Source: Malacoraja senta
Taxonomy: Eukaryota
Reading direction: 5' to 3'
Assembly (NCBI GenBank): GCA_038087875.1
Contig: JAXLNO010000470.1
Span: forward strand, 62,001-126,000
Length of the DNA stretch: 64,000 nt
A program made the translations under genes and the position numbers. The notes beneath the pieces were generated by a model. The model had not been told where the DNA came from. It did no database searches and was given only the letters and a program-made list of their open reading frames with translations. Numbering within the stretch: position 1 is the stretch's first letter; every line of letters begins with the position of its first letter. Shown one piece after another: positions 1 through 12,478 of the stretch.

Positions 1-39
1 GAGCCATAAAATCTGGGATTTACAATTAACTCAGTCCAC

Positions 40-1152
40 ATGTCTGTAACGTTGCCAAAACATAAAGCAACAGAATTGTCACAGACGTGTAACAATTTAA
101 TGGTTAGAAATCGACCAACCATTCGACAAGTGGCAAGAGTAATTGGCAAAATGGTAGCAGCATTTCCAGCTACACAATTTGGACCCCTGCACTATCAAAA
201 CCTACAAAGGGCAAAAGTACAGGCGTTAAAACGACATGCAGGTCACTTTGACCGAACCATGAAATTACCCATTGAAGCTATATCAGAGTTACAGTGGTGG
301 ATAGAGCACATTTGGCATAGTTCCAGCCCTATCATCGTCAAAAACCAAACATTAGCTATACAAACAGATGCCAGTGCTCAAGGCTGGGGAGCAACTAATA
401 CCATATCCAGCACAGGTGGTAGATGGACTAACCTAGAATCATCTTTACTACAAACACTGGGCATAAATTATTTGGAAATGTTGGGTGCGTTTTATGGTTT
501 AAAAGCATATTCCACGAATATGCACCATCTGCATGTTTGTTTACAAATTGATAATACCACGGTGGTGGCCTATATTAACCATATGGGCGGAATAAAATCG
601 ATATCATGTGACAATTTGGTCAACCAAATCTGGCAATGGTGTGTCGAAATACATATTTGGCTATCAGCAACTTACCTACCAGGTAAGCTAAATACAGTGG
701 CAGACACCAGGTCACGCAAATTCAATGATAACACCAAATGGATGTTAAATCCTAGAGCTTTTGCTAAAATTACAAAGCAATATGGCACACCAGATATGGA
801 TCTCTTTGCATCCAGACTAAATCACCAGGTACCAATGTATGTCGCCTGGGAACCAGACCCTGAGGCTGCAGCGATAGATGCATTCGCGCTGAACTGGGGA
901 AACTATTTCTTTTATGCTTTTCCCCCCTTCTGCCTCATCAGTAGGGTACTACGCAAAATACAGATGGACTCCGCTTCAGGTATTTTGATAGTACCCGACT
1001 GGCCTACACAGCCATGGTTCCCAGTGGTCCTCGACATGGTCATTGAAACTCCTATGACCTTTCCCAGTAGCCCAGACCTATTGACTCACCTGGTATCAGG
1101 CATAAGTCATCCATGCCATGACAGAATTAACCTACTGGGTTGCAGATTATGA
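40..1152 (+). CDS. DIRS pol C-terminal part: RT thumb, RNase H, methyltransferase-like domain
   Basis: TDASAQGWGA, INYLEM, QIDNTTVVAYINHMGG, NTVADTRSR (RNase H); DLFAS...YAFPPF (MT-like). Confidence 0.92.
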   Translation: MSVTLPKHKATELSQTCNNLMVRNRPTIRQVARVIGKMVAAFPATQFGPLHYQNLQRAKVQALKRHAGHFDRTMKLPIEAISELQWWIEHIWHSSSPIIVKNQTLAIQTDASAQGWGATNTISSTGGRWTNLESSLLQTLGINYLEMLGAFYGLKAYSTNMHHLHVCLQIDNTTVVAYINHMGGIKSISCDNLVNQIWQWCVEIHIWLSATYLPGKLNTVADTRSRKFNDNTKWMLNPRAFAKITKQYGTPDMDLFASRLNHQVPMYVAWEPDPEAAAIDAFALNWGNYFFYAFPPFCLISRVLRKIQMDSASGILIVPDWPTQPWFPVVLDMVIETPMTFPSSPDLLTHLVSGISHPCHDRINLLGCRL

Positions 1153-1984
1153 TAAGACCACTGCTGGGCCTGGGATTATCTGACAGGACCATCATCACCA
1201 TAATGAAGGACTAAGCTACAGCGCCATCAACACTGCCAGAAGTGCTCTGTCAGCCTACTTAAAACAAGTACCAGGACAACAGGCCATAGGGTCTCACCCG
1301 CTGGTGATCAAACTCATGAGGGGTATATTCAACTCCAACCCCCCTAGACCTAGGTACACCCAAATCTGGGATGTCAGTATGGTCCTGACATACCTAAGGG
1401 GATGGTCACCAGCCAGGTCTCTCACCCTGGAGCAGCTAACCCTGAAAACGGTCATGCTGATGGCACTAGTCTCAGCACAAAGAGTCCAGTCCCTCCACTT
1501 ACTGCGACTGGACAACATGGTTATAACACCAGACCGGGTCTCATTCACCATTCAGGAGCTGGTAAAGCAGAGCAGGCCAGGAACTTCAGGCCTAGTTATG
1601 GATTTCCGGGCATACCCACCTGACCCACGGTTGTGTGTCATGACTCACCTACTCACTTACATCAACACAACAAGAGATTCCCGAGGGAGAGAAAAAGCCT
1701 GATGGGTCAGCCACAAGAAACCTCATGGTCGGGTGTCGAGCCAAACCATCTCAAGATGGCTCAAGCAGGTACTGGGAGCTGCTGGAGTAGATACTGACGT
1801 ATATACATCTCACTCCACCAGGGCAGCATCCACATCGGCGGCTAAAAGGATGGACGTACCACTGGACCACATCCTGACTACAGCGGGGTGGTCCATGGAG
1901 AAAACGTTCCTAACGTTCTACAACAAGCCGCTAGCAGAACCTGTGTTATTTGCAGAAAGAGTTTTAGAATCTGCAAATATATAA
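1153..1984 (+). pseudogene. DIRS tyrosine recombinase, disrupted
   Basis: SAQRVQSL, SHSTRAA, AGWS, FY catalytic motifs; TGA at 1700-1702; about 145 bp deleted near 1200 relative to copy B (tcacca microhomology). Confidence 0.9.
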
Positions 1985-2151
1985 TTTAAGCCCGGGGGAG
2001 CATTTTGTCTTTTGTTATTGTTTAATAGATACCATTATTGTTTACAAACAGATTCATGGTTGATTACGATAACATACTTCCTCCTTTGAATGACTTCGGC
2101 AGCGAATGAAGTATGAACTGTTACATGGTTTGAAATCACAGAGCTTTAAAA

Positions 2152-2489
2152 TCTTCACGTAGTCACTCACGTGACTCCGAAGTAAAATAGTAAGATTAAA
2201 CGAGAACTTACCAGTTTGAAGTTTGATCTGTATTTTATGAGGAGTTACGATGAGGGATTACGTGACATCCGCTCTCACCCTCAATTATAGAGATCAACTG
2301 GTATCTTAGTTCTCCTTTTTCTTTACTATGTTTATTTCAATTATTGTGTTTCCTGTGATTCCACACCGCTGCTTTGAAGTATGTCGCGCATGCGTGCTGG
2401 ACGGGTTCTTCACGTAATCCCTCATCGTAACTCCTCATAAAATACAGATCAAATTTCAAACTGGTAAGTTCTCGTTTAATCTTACTATT
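2152..2489. repeat. DIRS A internal complementary region (ICR) and right terminal extension
   Basis: 2184-2265 is the reverse complement of 2410-2491; 2152-2188 is complementary to the left terminus seen in copy C. Confidence 0.9.
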
Positions 2490-2582
2490 TTCTAAAAAGG
2501 TAAATTGGTTCAACATGGAAGCTGGACTGAAACTTGAGTCCAGGACTGGATGAATAATTACACCTTATAATCTACGGACCTA

Positions 2583-4188
2583 CAGTGGCTTGCAAAAGTA
2601 TTCATACCCCTTGAACTTTTCCACATTTTGTCACTTTACAACCACAAACGTAAATGTATTTTATTGGGATTTTATGTGATAGACCAACACAAAGTGGCGC
2701 ATAATTGTGAAGTGGAAGGAAAATGATACATGGTTTTCAAATTTTTCTACAAATAAAAAACTGAAAAGTGTTGCGTGCAAAAGTATTCAGCCCCCTTTAC
2801 TCTGATACCCCTAAATAAAATCCAGTGCAACCAATTGCCTTCAGAAGTCACCTAATTAGTAAATAGAGTCCACTTGTGTGTAATCGAATCTCAGTATACA
2901 TACAGCTGTTCTGTGAAGGCCTCAGAGGTTTGTTAGAGAACATTAGTGAACAAACAGCATCATGAAGCCCAAGGAACACACCAGACAGGTCAGGGATAAA
3001 GGTGTGGAGAAGTTTAAAGCAGGGTTAGGTTATAAACAAATATCCCAAGCTTTGAACATCTCACGGAGCACTGTTCAATTCATCATCCGAAAATGGAAAG
3101 AGTATGGCACAACTGCAATCCTACCAAGACATGGCCATCCACCTAAACTGACAGGCCGGGCAAGGAGAGCATTGATCAGAGAAGCAGCCAAGAGGCCCAT
3201 GGTAACTCTGGAGGAGCTGCAGAGATCCACAGCTCAGGTGGGAGAATCTGTCCACAGGACAACTATTAGTCGTGCACTCCACAAATCGGGCCTTTATGGA
3301 AGAGTGGCAAGAAGAAAGCCATTGTTGAAAAAAAGCCATAAGAAGTCCCGTTTGCAGTTTGCCACAAGCCATGTGGGGGACACAGCAAACATGTGGAGGA
3401 AGGTGCTCTGGTCAGATGAGACCAAAATTGAAGTTTTTGGCCTAAATGCAAAACGCTATGTGTGGCGGAAACCTAACACTGCACATCACCCTGAACACAC
3501 CATCCCCACTGTGAAACATGGTGGTGGCAGCATCATGCTGTGGGGATGCTTTTCTTCAGCAGGGACAGGGAAGCTGGTCAGAGTTGATAGGAAGATGGAT
3601 GGAGCCAAATACAGAAGAAAACCTGTTAGAGTCTGCAAAAGACTTGAGACTGGGGCGGAGGTTCACCTTCCAGCAGGACAACGACCCTAAACATACAGCC
3701 AGAGCTACAATGGAATGGTTTAGATCAAAGCATATTCATGTGTTAGAATGGCCCAGTCAAAGTCCAGACCTAAATCCAATTGAGAATCTCTGGCAAGACT
3801 TGAAAATTGCTGTTCACAGATGCTCTCCATCCAATCTGACTGAGCTTGAGCTATTTTGCAAAGAAGAATGGGCAAAAATTTCAGTCTCTAGATGTGCAAA
3901 GCTGGTAGAGACATACCCCAAAAGACTTGCAGCTGTAATTGCAGCGAAAGGTGGTTCTACAAAGTATTGACTCAGGGGGGCTGAATACTTTTGCACGCGA
4001 CACTTTTCAGTTTTTTATTTGTAAAAAAATTTGAAAACCATGTATCATTTTCCTTCCACTTCACAATTATGCACCACTTTGTGTTGGTCTATCATATAAA
4101 ATCCCAATAAAATACATTTACGTTTGTGGTTGTAACGTGACAAAATGTGGAAAAGTTCAAGGGGTATGAATACTTTTGCAAGCCACTG
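2583..4188 (+). mobile_element. Full-length Tc1 (IR/DR type) DNA transposon
   Basis: TA TSD at 2581-2582 and 4189-4190; about 213 bp inverted repeats starting CAGTGGCTTGCAAAAG with internal DR tgcaaaagtattca. Confidence 0.97.
2962..3970 (+). pseudogene. Tc1 DD34E transposase with one frameshift near 3612
   Basis: Paired-like HTH N-terminus, WSDETK, KHGGGSIMLWGCF, QDNDPKH, SPDLNPIENLW; 34 residues between D and E. Confidence 0.95.
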
Positions 4189-4645
4189 TATCTCCAAAAC
4201 CGTGTTTTTGGTAATTTCCTTTGTTTTTTCCCTTCCCTCTCTATTAGTTTATCAGGTTTTTTTCCTCTTATTTCTTTCTTTCTCTACAACTCTCTTTCAA
4301 AATTTTTAAATAAAAAATAGAAGCTTTGTATGTACATAATTGGTAAACAAATCGTGTTTTGCTATTATATGTATATGCTTCTAATAAAAATATATTTTTT
4401 TAAACGGCAACCACGCAGGGGCAGGGCACAACCCACAAAACCAACCATGCAGCTGTTGCTGATCCAGGAGGAGGAGGAGTGGCAGGAGGAGATGAAATAA
4501 TCACAATGATCTCATGTGTGTTGTAGTCTGAGCAGCCGATGCCACAAGTGAGTTTTACCAGGTTTGACGTAACGTCGGACTGCGGGGACTTTTCTTATCC
4601 AAGGATCTCTCCATTTACTGAGATCCTTGATGAAAACCTGCTCCA

Positions 4646-5192
4646 AAATTTACAAAATTATTCAAGATAAAAATGGAGCCTAACACTGAAATGATTATAC
4701 TTGGAGTAACGGAAGACGGTAACAAATTGAACACATATCAAAATTCATTTTTAAATTATGGGTTAATAACGGCAAAAAAACCTACACTTAAATTTTGGAA
4801 AAATACACCCATACCAATGCTTAAAATGTGGATTTCAAACATGTTGGACACCGTACATCTTGAAGAAATGCGATTCCTCCTAATAGATAAATCAGACCAA
4901 TTCTTAACGAGTTGGTCTCCATTTATCGACTTCTTGGAAGCATATGGTGCAACAAAATCGTAGAAACCAACTGTTTCAGGACTGGGTGAAGGATGGTCAA
5001 GAATATAAATAACTATCTCCTATAATCTCCTACTCTCTACTCTTTCTCTTTCTCTCTCCTTTTTTTTTTCCACCTTCCCTCTTTCCCCCCTTTTCCTTTT
5101 CACACATCATACATTTTTCTATTTTCTATTTTTTATCATCTATTCTCTCTTTCTCTCTTATATAAATAAAAAAAGAAAAGAAAAAAAAAAAA
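4646..5192 (+). mobile_element. 5'-truncated L1 (ORF2 C-terminus, 3' UTR, polyA)
   Basis: 14 bp TSD gaaaacctgctcca at 4632-4645 and 5193-5206; ORF 4673-4963 ends WSPFIDFL. Confidence 0.92.
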
Positions 5193-5241
5193 GAAAACCT
5201 GCTCCAGAGCGTTCTGGACCTCAGAGGCGGAGGTTCACCTT

Positions 5242-5513
5242 GTGGAACATCATCAGATCCGCCCCCCTCCATCGACTCTTTTAAGTCCAGGCTCAAATCT
5301 TATTTTTATTCACTAGCGTTTGAATCCCCCTGATGTGGCTGATCTTAGTTTTGTGTCTTTGAGCTGATGATTTGTACCTGTGTGCTGTGTGCATTCCTGT
5401 GTATGTCTGTCTCTTTTGGTGATTTTAGCGACCTGCTCTAGTCTGTACAGCACTTTGGTCAACGTGGGTTGTTTTTAAATGCGCTTCATCGATAAATCTG
5501 ACTTTGACTTTGA
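5242..5513 (+). mobile_element. L2 3' fragment
   Basis: FKSRLKSYFYSLAF* end, gtacagcactttgg motif, (gacttt)n tail. Confidence 0.8.
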
Positions 5514-5521
5514 CTTCCAAC

Positions 5522-5956
5522 CTCGGAAAATGGCGCCGGTGAGACGGCAGCCTGTCGCGTGCAGCTGTGTGTAGTGTATATTTATTTAGTATTATATAGG
5601 ATTATTAGTGTGTATGCTTAGTTAGTATTTTAGTAGACTACATATAAGTGTTATAGCTACAACTATTGCGTGTTGTTGAGTTCTTAATCAAGACTTAACC
5701 ATACTCTCTGGGGGAACGGGAGTGGAGCGGAAGACATAGGAAGTCCTGTTTACCAGCTGCTATAAGGTTATATAATGCGCATAAATAACTGCACTTTTTT
5801 TTTCATTTTTTTTTTCATTAATTGTATTTTAACTTGTATTTTAACTTGTTAAGTATGGAAGCTATTTGAGGAAATATGTGGTGTTATGTCTGTCTTGAAG
5901 CTGTCGTGGCACTGTAATTTCCTGTAAAGGATTATTAAAGGTATTCAAACAAATCA
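5522..5956 (+). mobile_element. Short non-autonomous retroelement, possibly Rex1-dependent
   Basis: aaatggcgccgg head, attaaag plus (caaa)n tail; cleanly interrupts the Tc1 FQQD codons. Confidence 0.5.
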
Positions 5957-6373
5957 AACAGGACAACGACCCTAAAACCCCTGTCTCACGGTGCGAGTCG
6001 ACCCACGAGTGACCCCGAGTTTAAAACAAATTAAACTCGTGGTAATCACGTACGATTAACGTAGCGGGAACGTCGGAACTCGTGGACGCAACTTAGCGAC
6101 TCGTGGCGCTAACGACAGGTACCCGTGAAACCTGTTGACTCTTGAAAAAATTTCAAACAAGTTTAAAGTTTTCCACTAGTCAAATTTACTCTTGAAGTCA
6201 AAAATTTAAACATTTAAACTCGTTGTAAGAACTTGGTGGCCCGTGAGTTGACCTTAGTGACTCTTGAGTCTACTGTGTTAACTCGTGGGCACTCTGAACT
6301 CGGCAGCTGGACAGAGAAAAAAAAAAAGGTGAGTAAAAAAAAAGGTGATTTCCACATCAGCACGTGACCTGGG

Positions 6374-6734
6374 CAGAGCAGAGCCATACAAAAAAACTGC
6401 CATGAAGGCTTTGATCATACAGGAGGAGGAGGAGAGGCAGGAGGAGATGCCACAGAAGAAGGCAACATTGCCTGTGGGCTCCCTGGAGCAGGGGAACAGG
6501 GAGTTTGAAAATGTGCAGATTGCCTCCCAGGTAGCTGTGTGTGAAACAGCCTCAGACGTGGATGCCCCATTGAGTAAGGGAAGATGGAATAAAGTGAAAC
6601 CCTTTCGCTTCAACAGGGAGACCTTGTAGAGTGGTATCAGGCAAATGAAATCCTCTATGATAAATGCAGAGAGGATTATCGTAATAAGGAGAAGAAGCGT
6701 GCTTTGTTGGAGAAAAAGGCAATGGGTGCACATG
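6374..6734 (+). pseudogene. Harbinger MADF/Myb-SANT gene exon 1 remnant
   Basis: Homologous to 27970-28444; DLVEWYQANEILYDK..DYRNKEKKRAL; gtgagt donor. Confidence 0.75.
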
Positions 6735-6844
6735 TGAGTACAATATGATATATTAGGGCATCAGCAGGTCAACCATTTTCTATTATCCATGATTACAAAA
6801 TTTACAGTCTTATTGATGTAAAAGTTCTATATTTTCCGTAAATA

Positions 6845-8293
6845 AGTCAAAGACTGGATGTGCCAAAATTTCCTCCAACTAAATAAGGACAAAACGGAGA
6901 TAATTGTTTTTGGTGCTAAAAAATAAAGGCTTAAAGTAACCCAACACCTTCACTCTCTGTCCCTGAAAACTTCAAACAAAGCCAGAAATCTCGGGGTTAT
7001 TATGGATTCAGATTTACATTTCGACAGTCACATCAAATCAGTAACAAAATCGGCCTACTATCACCTCAAAAACGTAACAAGACTAAGAGGACTCATGTCA
7101 GCTCAAGACTTAGAAAAACTTGTACATGCCTTTATTACTAGTAGGCTAGATTATTGTAACGGTCTCCTTGCAGGTCTTCCGAAAAAAACTGTCAGGCAGC
7201 TACAGCTTGTTCAGAACGCTGTTGCTAAAGTTCTAACAAAGACCAAAAAATTTGAACACATTACACCAATTCTTAAATCCTTACATTGGCTCCCTGTATG
7301 TCAGAGAATTGATTTCAAAATCCTGCTGCTCACATATAAATCACTACATGGTTTAGGGCCAAAGTATTTCACTGACATGCTTCCACTATATAAGCCTTCT
7401 AGACCGCTAAGATCTTCTGAGACCAATCTGTTAGTGATTCCCAGAGTAAATACAAAACATGGGAAAGCAGGATTTAGTTACTATGCAACAAATATCTGGA
7501 ATAAACTTCCTGAAGATTTAAGACTGGCCCCTACATTTTTTTTTTTTAAATTTAAAAAAATTATTTATTAGAAGTACATTACATTACAACCACATACATT
7601 AGTACTCGTCACTTATGTCTTCTTACAATTAATGTACTCCGTTTGTTTTTTACACTAGTAAAAGGAAAGCATGAGATTGAAAGAAAGAAGAAAGTGAAGG
7701 AAAAAGTGAGAGTGTAGAAAATGTGACAGCAAGAAAGAACGAAGACCCTATAAGAACAAAATTAAAAACAAAAGAAAAAGAGTTAAGAAATAGACCCTAG
7801 AAAAGAAGGAGAAAGAGAAAGAGGAAAAAGAGAGAAACAAATAGTTTTTATGAGCATCACGCAAATGGGACATACCAACTCTCCAACTATCATCCCCCAT
7901 TACCTGACCTCAAATTTTTTTTAAGGTACCTTTGCACCCTATATCTGTAATAATTCTATAAATGCAGACCACGTCAGGTGGAAGTGATCTGGTTTACCTG
8001 CCAGGAGGTTTTTTATTGCATCCACTTTCCCCGACTTTCACCACTTTTAAAACAAGACTGAAAACTTTTATGTTCACTTTAGCGTTCAGCTAAATCTTAA
8101 CTACATTGCACTTTTAACTTTTGCACTTTTCTATAATGCATTTTTAACTATGCTTTTATTTTCTTTTAATTCTTCTATTTTATTTCATTTAATTATTTCA
8201 TTTTATTGTATGACATGTTTTTATGTGAAGCACTTTAAGTCTGCCTCGTGTATGAAATGTGCTATATAAATAAAGTTGCAGTTGCAGTTGCAG
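6845..8293 (+). mobile_element. L2 3' fragment (RT C-terminus, ORF 7002-7571)
   Basis: WMCQNFLQLNKDKTE, HAFITSRLDYCN, HITPILKSLHWLPV; (gttgca)n tail. Confidence 0.92.
7536..8007 (-). mobile_element. L1 3' end, inverted, inside the L2
   Basis: Reverse complement of 27420-27890; polyT at 7536. Confidence 0.9.
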
Positions 8294-8537
8294 TAAAATA
8301 AAACTTCTGTGCCCTGCAGCTGTAAAGTTATGAGTTTCACAGACAACTTTCACAGGTTGTGTGTTTGAAGGTTGAATCCTGTCTCCAAAATCCCATCAAA
8401 TTAAATATGTGTGAGGACAGGCAATTAACACATGTAATGCTTGTCTTAAAAAAGGCTGTTTGATTTGAACTTTGAATCCTGTCTTCAAGAAAGACCACAT
8501 GAAATATGCGGAGGGCAGGCTATTAAAACAGGGCTAC

Positions 8538-9033
8538 AGGGCCTGACCCACCAGCGTGCGATTGCATGCGTCTAGCGCGACCAAACGTGGTCGCTTGAGG
8601 CGTACGGCCTGGCGGGGCCGATCCCACTTCGATCGGCGGAGACGTATGGAGTTGTGCGGGGCTGGTCCCGACATCGCGCGGGGATCCAAAAATCTTGCAC
8701 TGTCCGAAAATCCCGCGAGACAACGGCCTGTCGGCCCGCAGCCGCATTGAGGCCGTACGCAGCCTCTCAACAGGCGTACGCAGCGTCTCGACGTCGTACG
8801 CCTAGCGCATGCCGTTGCGTGATGACGTCACCGCCCGACGCCCTGCGACGTCCAAATTCAGTCGGCCCGCCTCCTGCCCAGCTGATTGGTGAGTATGATG
8901 TCGGGACCAGCCCCGCACAACTCCAGACGTCTCCGCGGTTGGAAGTGGGACCGGCCCCGCGAGGCTGTACGCCTCAAGCCACCACGTTTGGTCGCGCTAG
9001 ACGCATGCAATCGCACGCTGGTGGGCAGGCCCT
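8538..9033. mobile_element. Harbinger-type MITE
   Basis: About 137 bp TIR starting agggcctg; TAC TSD; empty site seen in Harbinger copy 2 near 28800. Confidence 0.9.
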
Positions 9034-9304
9034 TACAATTTTACAGGCCACAATGGCTTTCAGGTACATGTCTGTTTACTCTCTGCAACTTTTCATCTCT
9101 TGGAAGACACCCTATGCTAGAAGTTCTATTTAAATCCCACCACTCTCCTTTAATGCAGATGAACAACTCCAGCAATGGTTTACAAACCAGAGGACCATCA
9201 CCGCACTTGGCACAAAGACAGGGTCTGCTGGCGGCCGGCAGACTCACAGAGAGAAACAAGTGGATTTAGGAGAAGTGGCATTTCTCATCAAGCCAAGCTG
9301 ACCC

Positions 9305-11081
9305 TCAAAATAAGCTGTCCTGCCACGGCACACTGCTCAATTCTGAATTATAGTACGAGCGGAGATGTTCTCTCTGCTCTTTTGTACTGTTGGTCCCCGT
9401 GTTACCTCGAAAACACTGCAGTGACACCAACGTTTACACCACTCCTCCACGCACCTGGTGTTATGCTCCCTGTTTGACTGTCCACTAAGTCACCGTCCTG
9501 CATGGCTGTTGCTGATCCTGCAGCTGCGCTTCTGATACAGATCAGCTTGTGCAGAACGCATGCTGCAAACACAATAGTCTCGACGTTCTTTGGCTCCTGT
9601 TCCATAGTTTTGAGCAAGCATTTAAATCTGTTTGCCAGGATGCCAAATGCATTTTCTACAACCCTCCTCGCCCTGGACAGCCTGTAATTAAAGATCCTCT
9701 GGACCCTTGTTAAATGTCTGTGTGCATATGGGTCCATCATCCAGGGCCTTAGTGCAAAGGCATCGTCAGCAACCATTGAACAAGGAAATGTCCGGGTTGT
9801 CTTCTCCTGGCAGAGGTTCAGGATCAGGCATGCCTGCTGTTCCATTTTCCAGTTTCTGCCCGAGGGAGGTCTCTCTCCAAATCCTGCCATCAGCGACACT
9901 TTAAGGTGTGCCCACATCCACACACTGGAAGTTGTAGTTAGAATCAACCACAGCTAAAGGGCCTGTCCCACGGGCATGCGACTCCGTGCGGCAAGCGCGA
10001 CCTAACCGCAAGCGGGGGCCGCGCGGAGGTCGAGTGATCCCCGTACAGGGCCGGCCCCACCAGCATGCGGCAAGCGCTACCAAATCGGAAGCGGGGGCCG
10101 CGCGGAGGTCGAGTGACGTCAAGATGGTGCGCACGGCCCATGATGCGGCTGCGTCCGGGCGGCGAGGCGTTGCGCACGGCCGTTGATGCGGCGCGCACGG
10201 CCTCGATGCGGCTGCGGGCCGGCAGGCCGTTGCCGCGCGGAATTTTTGAACAGTGTCAGTTTTTTGGAGCCCCGCGCGATGTCGGGACCAGCTCCACACA
10301 ACTCCATACGGCTCCGCCGATCGAAGTGGGACCGGCCCCCGCGACCTCCGCACGGCCCCCGCATGGCCCCCGCTTGCGGTTAGGTCGCGCTTGCTGCATG
10401 GAGTCGCATGCCCGAGGGACGGGCCCTTAACAGTACAATAGAATGGAATTTTTTGTAATTAAAATAATTTGAGCCACCATTGGGTGGACAACGAATGGCC
10501 ACATGCCTGCCATCCAGAGCCCCGCATGTGTGTGTGAAGTTCCATCTGTTTTCAAAGCCCAGCACCGCTTTCTTCCACGCATCTGGTGTACTGGGGCAGT
10601 CCATCACCTCATCTGCATAAAAATCGATAATGGCCTCACAGGTCTCTCGGACAATCCCGCTGATGATGTTGTGGGGAACCAGAAAGTTGTAGGAGAGACT
10701 TTTGTAAGAATCCCCTGATGCCAAGTAGCGGAGGGTGATGGCTAGGCGCAGGCCTGGTTCCAGTGCCTTTCTCATAACTGTGTCATGTTTCATCAGCAGA
10801 GGTCCCAAGTTAGTCTTCAGCTCATTAAAGAGCTCAGGTGAAATTCTGATGAAATTTTTAAATGCAGATTTATCCTCTTCGTACAGCACATACTGTCCAA
10901 AGAGAGATCTCCTTTGAAAGAGGGGCTTCACCCACTGAGACCTCTTCTTAATTTTCCTCTTTACTCTTTCCCTTCTGCCTTCATTGCGCAAGTGTCCTTG
11001 CATCACATAAAGGGCTGCTGCATACAGCACTCGAACAAAAAACATCACCATCCTGGACTCCAATTGCCTTCTTGCAGCCAT
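9305..11081 (-). pseudogene. Harbinger (DDE_Tnp_4, HARBI1-like) transposase
   Basis: RLAITLRYLASGDSY, GALDG, YFNYKKFHSIVLL/AVVD, VADDAF, FNYRLSRARRVVENAFG, VPWQ; split by a MITE and frameshifts. Confidence 0.95.
9958..10427. mobile_element. Harbinger-type MITE inside the transposase
   Basis: TAA TSD at 9955-9957 and 10428-10430; about 65 bp TIR; removal restores SIVLLAVVDSNYNF. Confidence 0.93.
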
Positions 11082-11112
11082 GTTTCCAAATGAGCTGATT
11101 TAAACAAGGGAG

Positions 11113-11685
11113 TGTGGCGGTCCCTGGGGGGTAGGCCACTCCTTGGATCACTCCCCTCGCCGAGTGAGGGACAGGGGCACTGGTCTGCCACAGGGTTTCC
11201 AGACGACCCTGGATTTAGTGCTCTCGAGGTGTGTGAGTGGTATACTCTCGCTGTTGGGATTAAAAGGCTACTGATTGAACCCGCCTGGCGTCTGGCCTTT
11301 TTCTGACCTCGTCCAGGCCGCTACACTGGTGACCCCACGCCGTCCATCATGCGTCGTGATGGATAATAACGCCGTTGCGTTGAAGCTCCCTACTCTGTGG
11401 ACCGAAGAACCTGACATCTGGTTCCAGCAGGCAGAGGCACAGTTTGTTGTGAGAGGTATTACGGCAGATGAAACAAAGTATTATTACGTGGTTGGCACGC
11501 TTGACCAAGCGACTGCGAGGCGAGTTAAGCCTTTCCTCAAGAACCCCCTGGTAGCAAACAAACATAGGGGCCTTAAGGAATTCCTTATCAGGAGGTTTGT
11601 CCTAGATGACCGAGCGGGCAGCTCGGATTTTCAGAATGGAAGGCCTGGGCGAACCGCCGGCCGTCTGCCCTCCTGGAGGACATTT
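11113..11685 (+). mobile_element. CsRN1-lineage Gypsy 5' LTR, PBS and gag start (truncated)
   Basis: LTR tgtggcgg...ccgctaca at 11113-11325; PBS tggtgacccc; VALKLPTLW..WFQQAEAQF. Confidence 0.87.
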
Positions 11686-12478
11686 TTATAGTGTAAAAAA
11701 ACCCAGCATGACATCATTTTTACCATGTGATGATTTTTCAATACGTACGGTAGATGTTGTTGGCTCAAGAGTAACTCGGGAGAGGAACTTGGTAACTCGG
11801 GAGACGAACTTGGAACATCGCAGAAATGACAGGTAAACGTCAAACTTAGTCATACCCGTGGGAACTCGGTTAAACTCTTGAACATAAACTTGGAATCTCG
11901 TACACAACCACGAGTCTGATTTTCTCTTGCACTCGGGGTCACTCATAGGTCAACTCGCACCATGAGACAGGGCCATAAGCACACAGCCAAGACAATGCAG
12001 GAGTGGCTTCGTCTGTGGCAAGTCTGTGAATGCCCTTGAGTGGCCCAGCCAGAGCCCGGGACTTCAACCCGATCAAACATCTCTGGAGGGACCTGAAAAT
12101 AGCTGTGCATCGACGCTCCCCATCCAACCTGACAGAGCTTGAGAGGATCGGCAGAGAAGAATGGGAGAAATTACCCAAATACAGGTGTGCCAAGCTTGTA
12201 GCATCGTACCCAAGAAGACTTGAGGCTGTAATCGCTGCCAAAGGTGCCTCAACAAAGTACTGAGTAAAGAGTCTGAATACTTATGTAAACGTGATATTTC
12301 AGTTATTTCTTTTCAATTACTTTGCAAAAATTTCTAAACACCTATTTTCGCTTTTTTATTATGGGGTATTGTGTGTAGATTGATGATTAAAAAAATAATT
12401 TAATCCATCTTAGAATAAGGCTGTAACGTAACAAAATGTGGAAAAAGTGAAGGGGTCTGAATACTTTCTGAGTGCACT

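Larger units (their letters stand above)
1..2489 (+). mobile_element. DIRS1-like tyrosine-recombinase retrotransposon, copy A (5' part outside window)
   Basis: RT-end/RNaseH/MT ORF, then YR ORF, ICR and right terminus ending cttactATT; near-identical to copy B at 31.2-34.4 kb. Confidence 0.95.
2490..4401 (+). mobile_element. L1 ORF2 end and 3' UTR remnant, split by the Tc1
   Basis: DFLKR* then caggactggatgaa resembling the L1 3' UTR at 4977; T-rich tract; aataaa near 4383. Confidence 0.55.
5976..11975. mobile_element. PIF/Harbinger transposon copy 1 (both ends present, internally deleted, nested inserts)
   Basis: TAA TSD at 5973-5975 and 11976-11978; about 45 bp imperfect TIR ccctgtctcacggtgcgagt; convergent MADF (+) and transposase (-) genes. 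Confidence 0.93.
4619..12478 (+). mobile_element. Second Tc1 family, 3' half broken into five pieces (4619-4645, 5193-5241, 5514-5521, 5957-5975, 11976-12478)
   Basis: Pieces rejoin to ILDENLLQSVLDLR..RFTFQQDNDPKHTAKT..NPIKHLW..GASTKY plus a right IR. Confidence 0.88.

Noticed and set aside
8523..10441. Many short overlapping ORFs on both strands (also 29697-30369)
   Set aside because: Produced by GC-rich palindromic MITEs that lack stop codons.
9305..11081. Host HARBI1 gene
   Set aside because: Lies between TIRs with a TAA TSD and is disrupted, so it is a transposon copy.
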